Shown here piece by piece: positions 63,032 to 64,000 of a DNA stretch of 64,000 bases. The position numbers and the translations under genes were made by a program. The notes beneath the pieces are model-generated. The model was not told the DNA's origin, made no database searches, and worked only from the letters and a program-made list of their open reading frames with translations. The DNA lies in contig OZ296655.1 of the NCBI GenBank assembly GCA_965655095.1, forward strand, positions 18,724,001-18,788,000, in the 5' to 3' direction. Positions within the stretch are counted from its first letter, which is position 1. Each line of letters starts with the position of its first letter. Source of the DNA: Haplodiscus bocki. Taxonomy: Eukaryota.

Positions 63032-63079
63032 CCTTTTCTGGTTAGTCTTGCCTTTTATGGTTGCTCTTCCCTTTTATGG
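63032..63079 (+). promoter_or_regulatory. CArG-box triplet at 19 bp spacing upstream of pPolB
   Basis: CCTTTTCTGG (63032, one mismatch), CCTTTTATGG (63051), CCTTTTATGG (63070). Confidence 0.55.
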
Positions 63080-63214
63080 AAATTTCCGTAAATGGGGAAA
63101 AAAGGTTAAAAATACTTGCTACAAATTTTTCGCCATTATTTCGTTTGCATTGCTACCGTCAAGTCGCTTCAATCTTTACGTTTGTTTCAGACTATTTTGT
63201 TAAACTCCTTTTAT

Positions 63215-64000
63215 AGAAATGCTCAAATCGAAACGAGAAAGTTACATGTGAGATTTGTGGTACCCATACTACAAACCTTAATCTTGCCCGTCACAAGAAG
63301 AGATGTTCAGTTGGAACACTGTTTTGCACCCAATGTCCCAATTTCTCCACAAAATCCCAAAGCGATCTGAATTACCACATTGCTAAGAAGCACAGTGCAC
63401 CAAAACCTGATATAACCTTCAAGTGTGAACTTTGCTTCTAAGAGTTTCCAGGATTTTACGCTTTACGTCAACATAGAAACACTCAACACGGAATTCAGGT
63501 CGGATCACGGACGAGAGATGTAGATGTGGAACATATAGTGGGAGATGTTGAGGATCACAGCTTGAGAGAAGAGTTGCGTTCCTGTTAACATTTCTTGGTG
63601 GATTCAGAACTTGAAAAAGCGATACACAAAGTATTCAATTACGCAGTGGAAGCTCTCAACGAAACAATGGTGAACGAGAAAGTTGATCATTTTTTCAACA
63701 ATTTGAAATGTGCAGCAAAAATGAATCTGGCTTTTGGCTTCATTTTAAAAAATTTTGAAAACGGAGGGCTCAGATATTTTTACGCACACAAAAACAATAC
63801 CCTGCTGGATCGATCCAAACTTGTGTGCACCCATGACGACTTGGCAAAGTTGAAAAACTTTCTCAACAAAACTGACGTCAGAGAGTCTTGTAGCCGAGAA
63901 AGAATGAAAACAAAGTGGAGGTTCTACAAGTTGACAAACTTAACTGTATTTGCTGCTTTATTCAGAGACATACCTATAGGGTGCAAGGACGCAGTCTTAC
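63215..64000 (+). pseudogene. N-terminus of element #3 pPolB with three C2H2-type zinc fingers
   Basis: VTCEICG...LARHKKRC; LFCTQCPNFSTKSQSDLNYHIAKKH; FKCELCF*EFPGFYALRQHRNTQH. Then KMNLAFGFILKN...RYFYAHKNNTLL...ERMKTKWRF..LTNLTVFAAL..IPIGC. Two in-frame stops; the polymerase core is expected beyond the window. Confidence 0.78.

Larger units (their letters stand above)
53964..64000. mobile_element. Adintovirus/Polinton element #3 (partial, runs off the window)
   Basis: Distinct integrase, ATPase, DEDD nuclease, PLA2-like ORF, many small ORFs and a pPolB N-terminus. Less decayed than elements #1 and #2. Confidence 0.88.

Noticed and set aside
63215-63500. Host C2H2 zinc-finger transcription factor gene
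   Set aside because: No TGEKP linkers or introns, and it is continuous with pPolB-type N-terminal sequence inside a viral gene array.

Overview
This is AT-rich eukaryotic (animal-like) DNA with no recognisable host gene. It is almost entirely nested, mostly decayed mobile elements. (1) Polinton/Maverick #1 (~3560-22448) is old but has a complete gene set (pPolB, integrase, major capsid, ATPase, penton, adenain). It lies between ~1.2 kb diverged TIRs, and a near full-length CR1/L2-type LINE (~4710-8575) sits inside the left TIR. (2) A degraded CR1-like LINE (~22450-25330) is followed by a degenerate ~115 bp satellite. (3) A ~13 kb Ty3/Gypsy element (~26465-39713) is the most interesting object. 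Besides gag-pol it encodes a TARG1/DarG-type macrodomain inside Pol between RNase H and integrase, a class I fusion-like env, and a fourth ORF with a coiled coil plus an HPDK J-domain before a poly-G PPT. (4) An internally deleted second Polinton family occurs as a ~7 kb tandem duplication with patchwork identity (~40620-53963). (5) A third, adintovirus-like element (~53964 to the window end) carries integrase, ATPase, a DEDD nuclease, a PLA2-like protein, several PC4-like proteins, Zn-ribbon proteins, CArG-rich promoters and a C2H2-finger pPolB N-terminus. All calls come from motif recognition and manual translation across stops and frameshifts. No database searches were run, identities are judged by eye, and boundaries are approximate.
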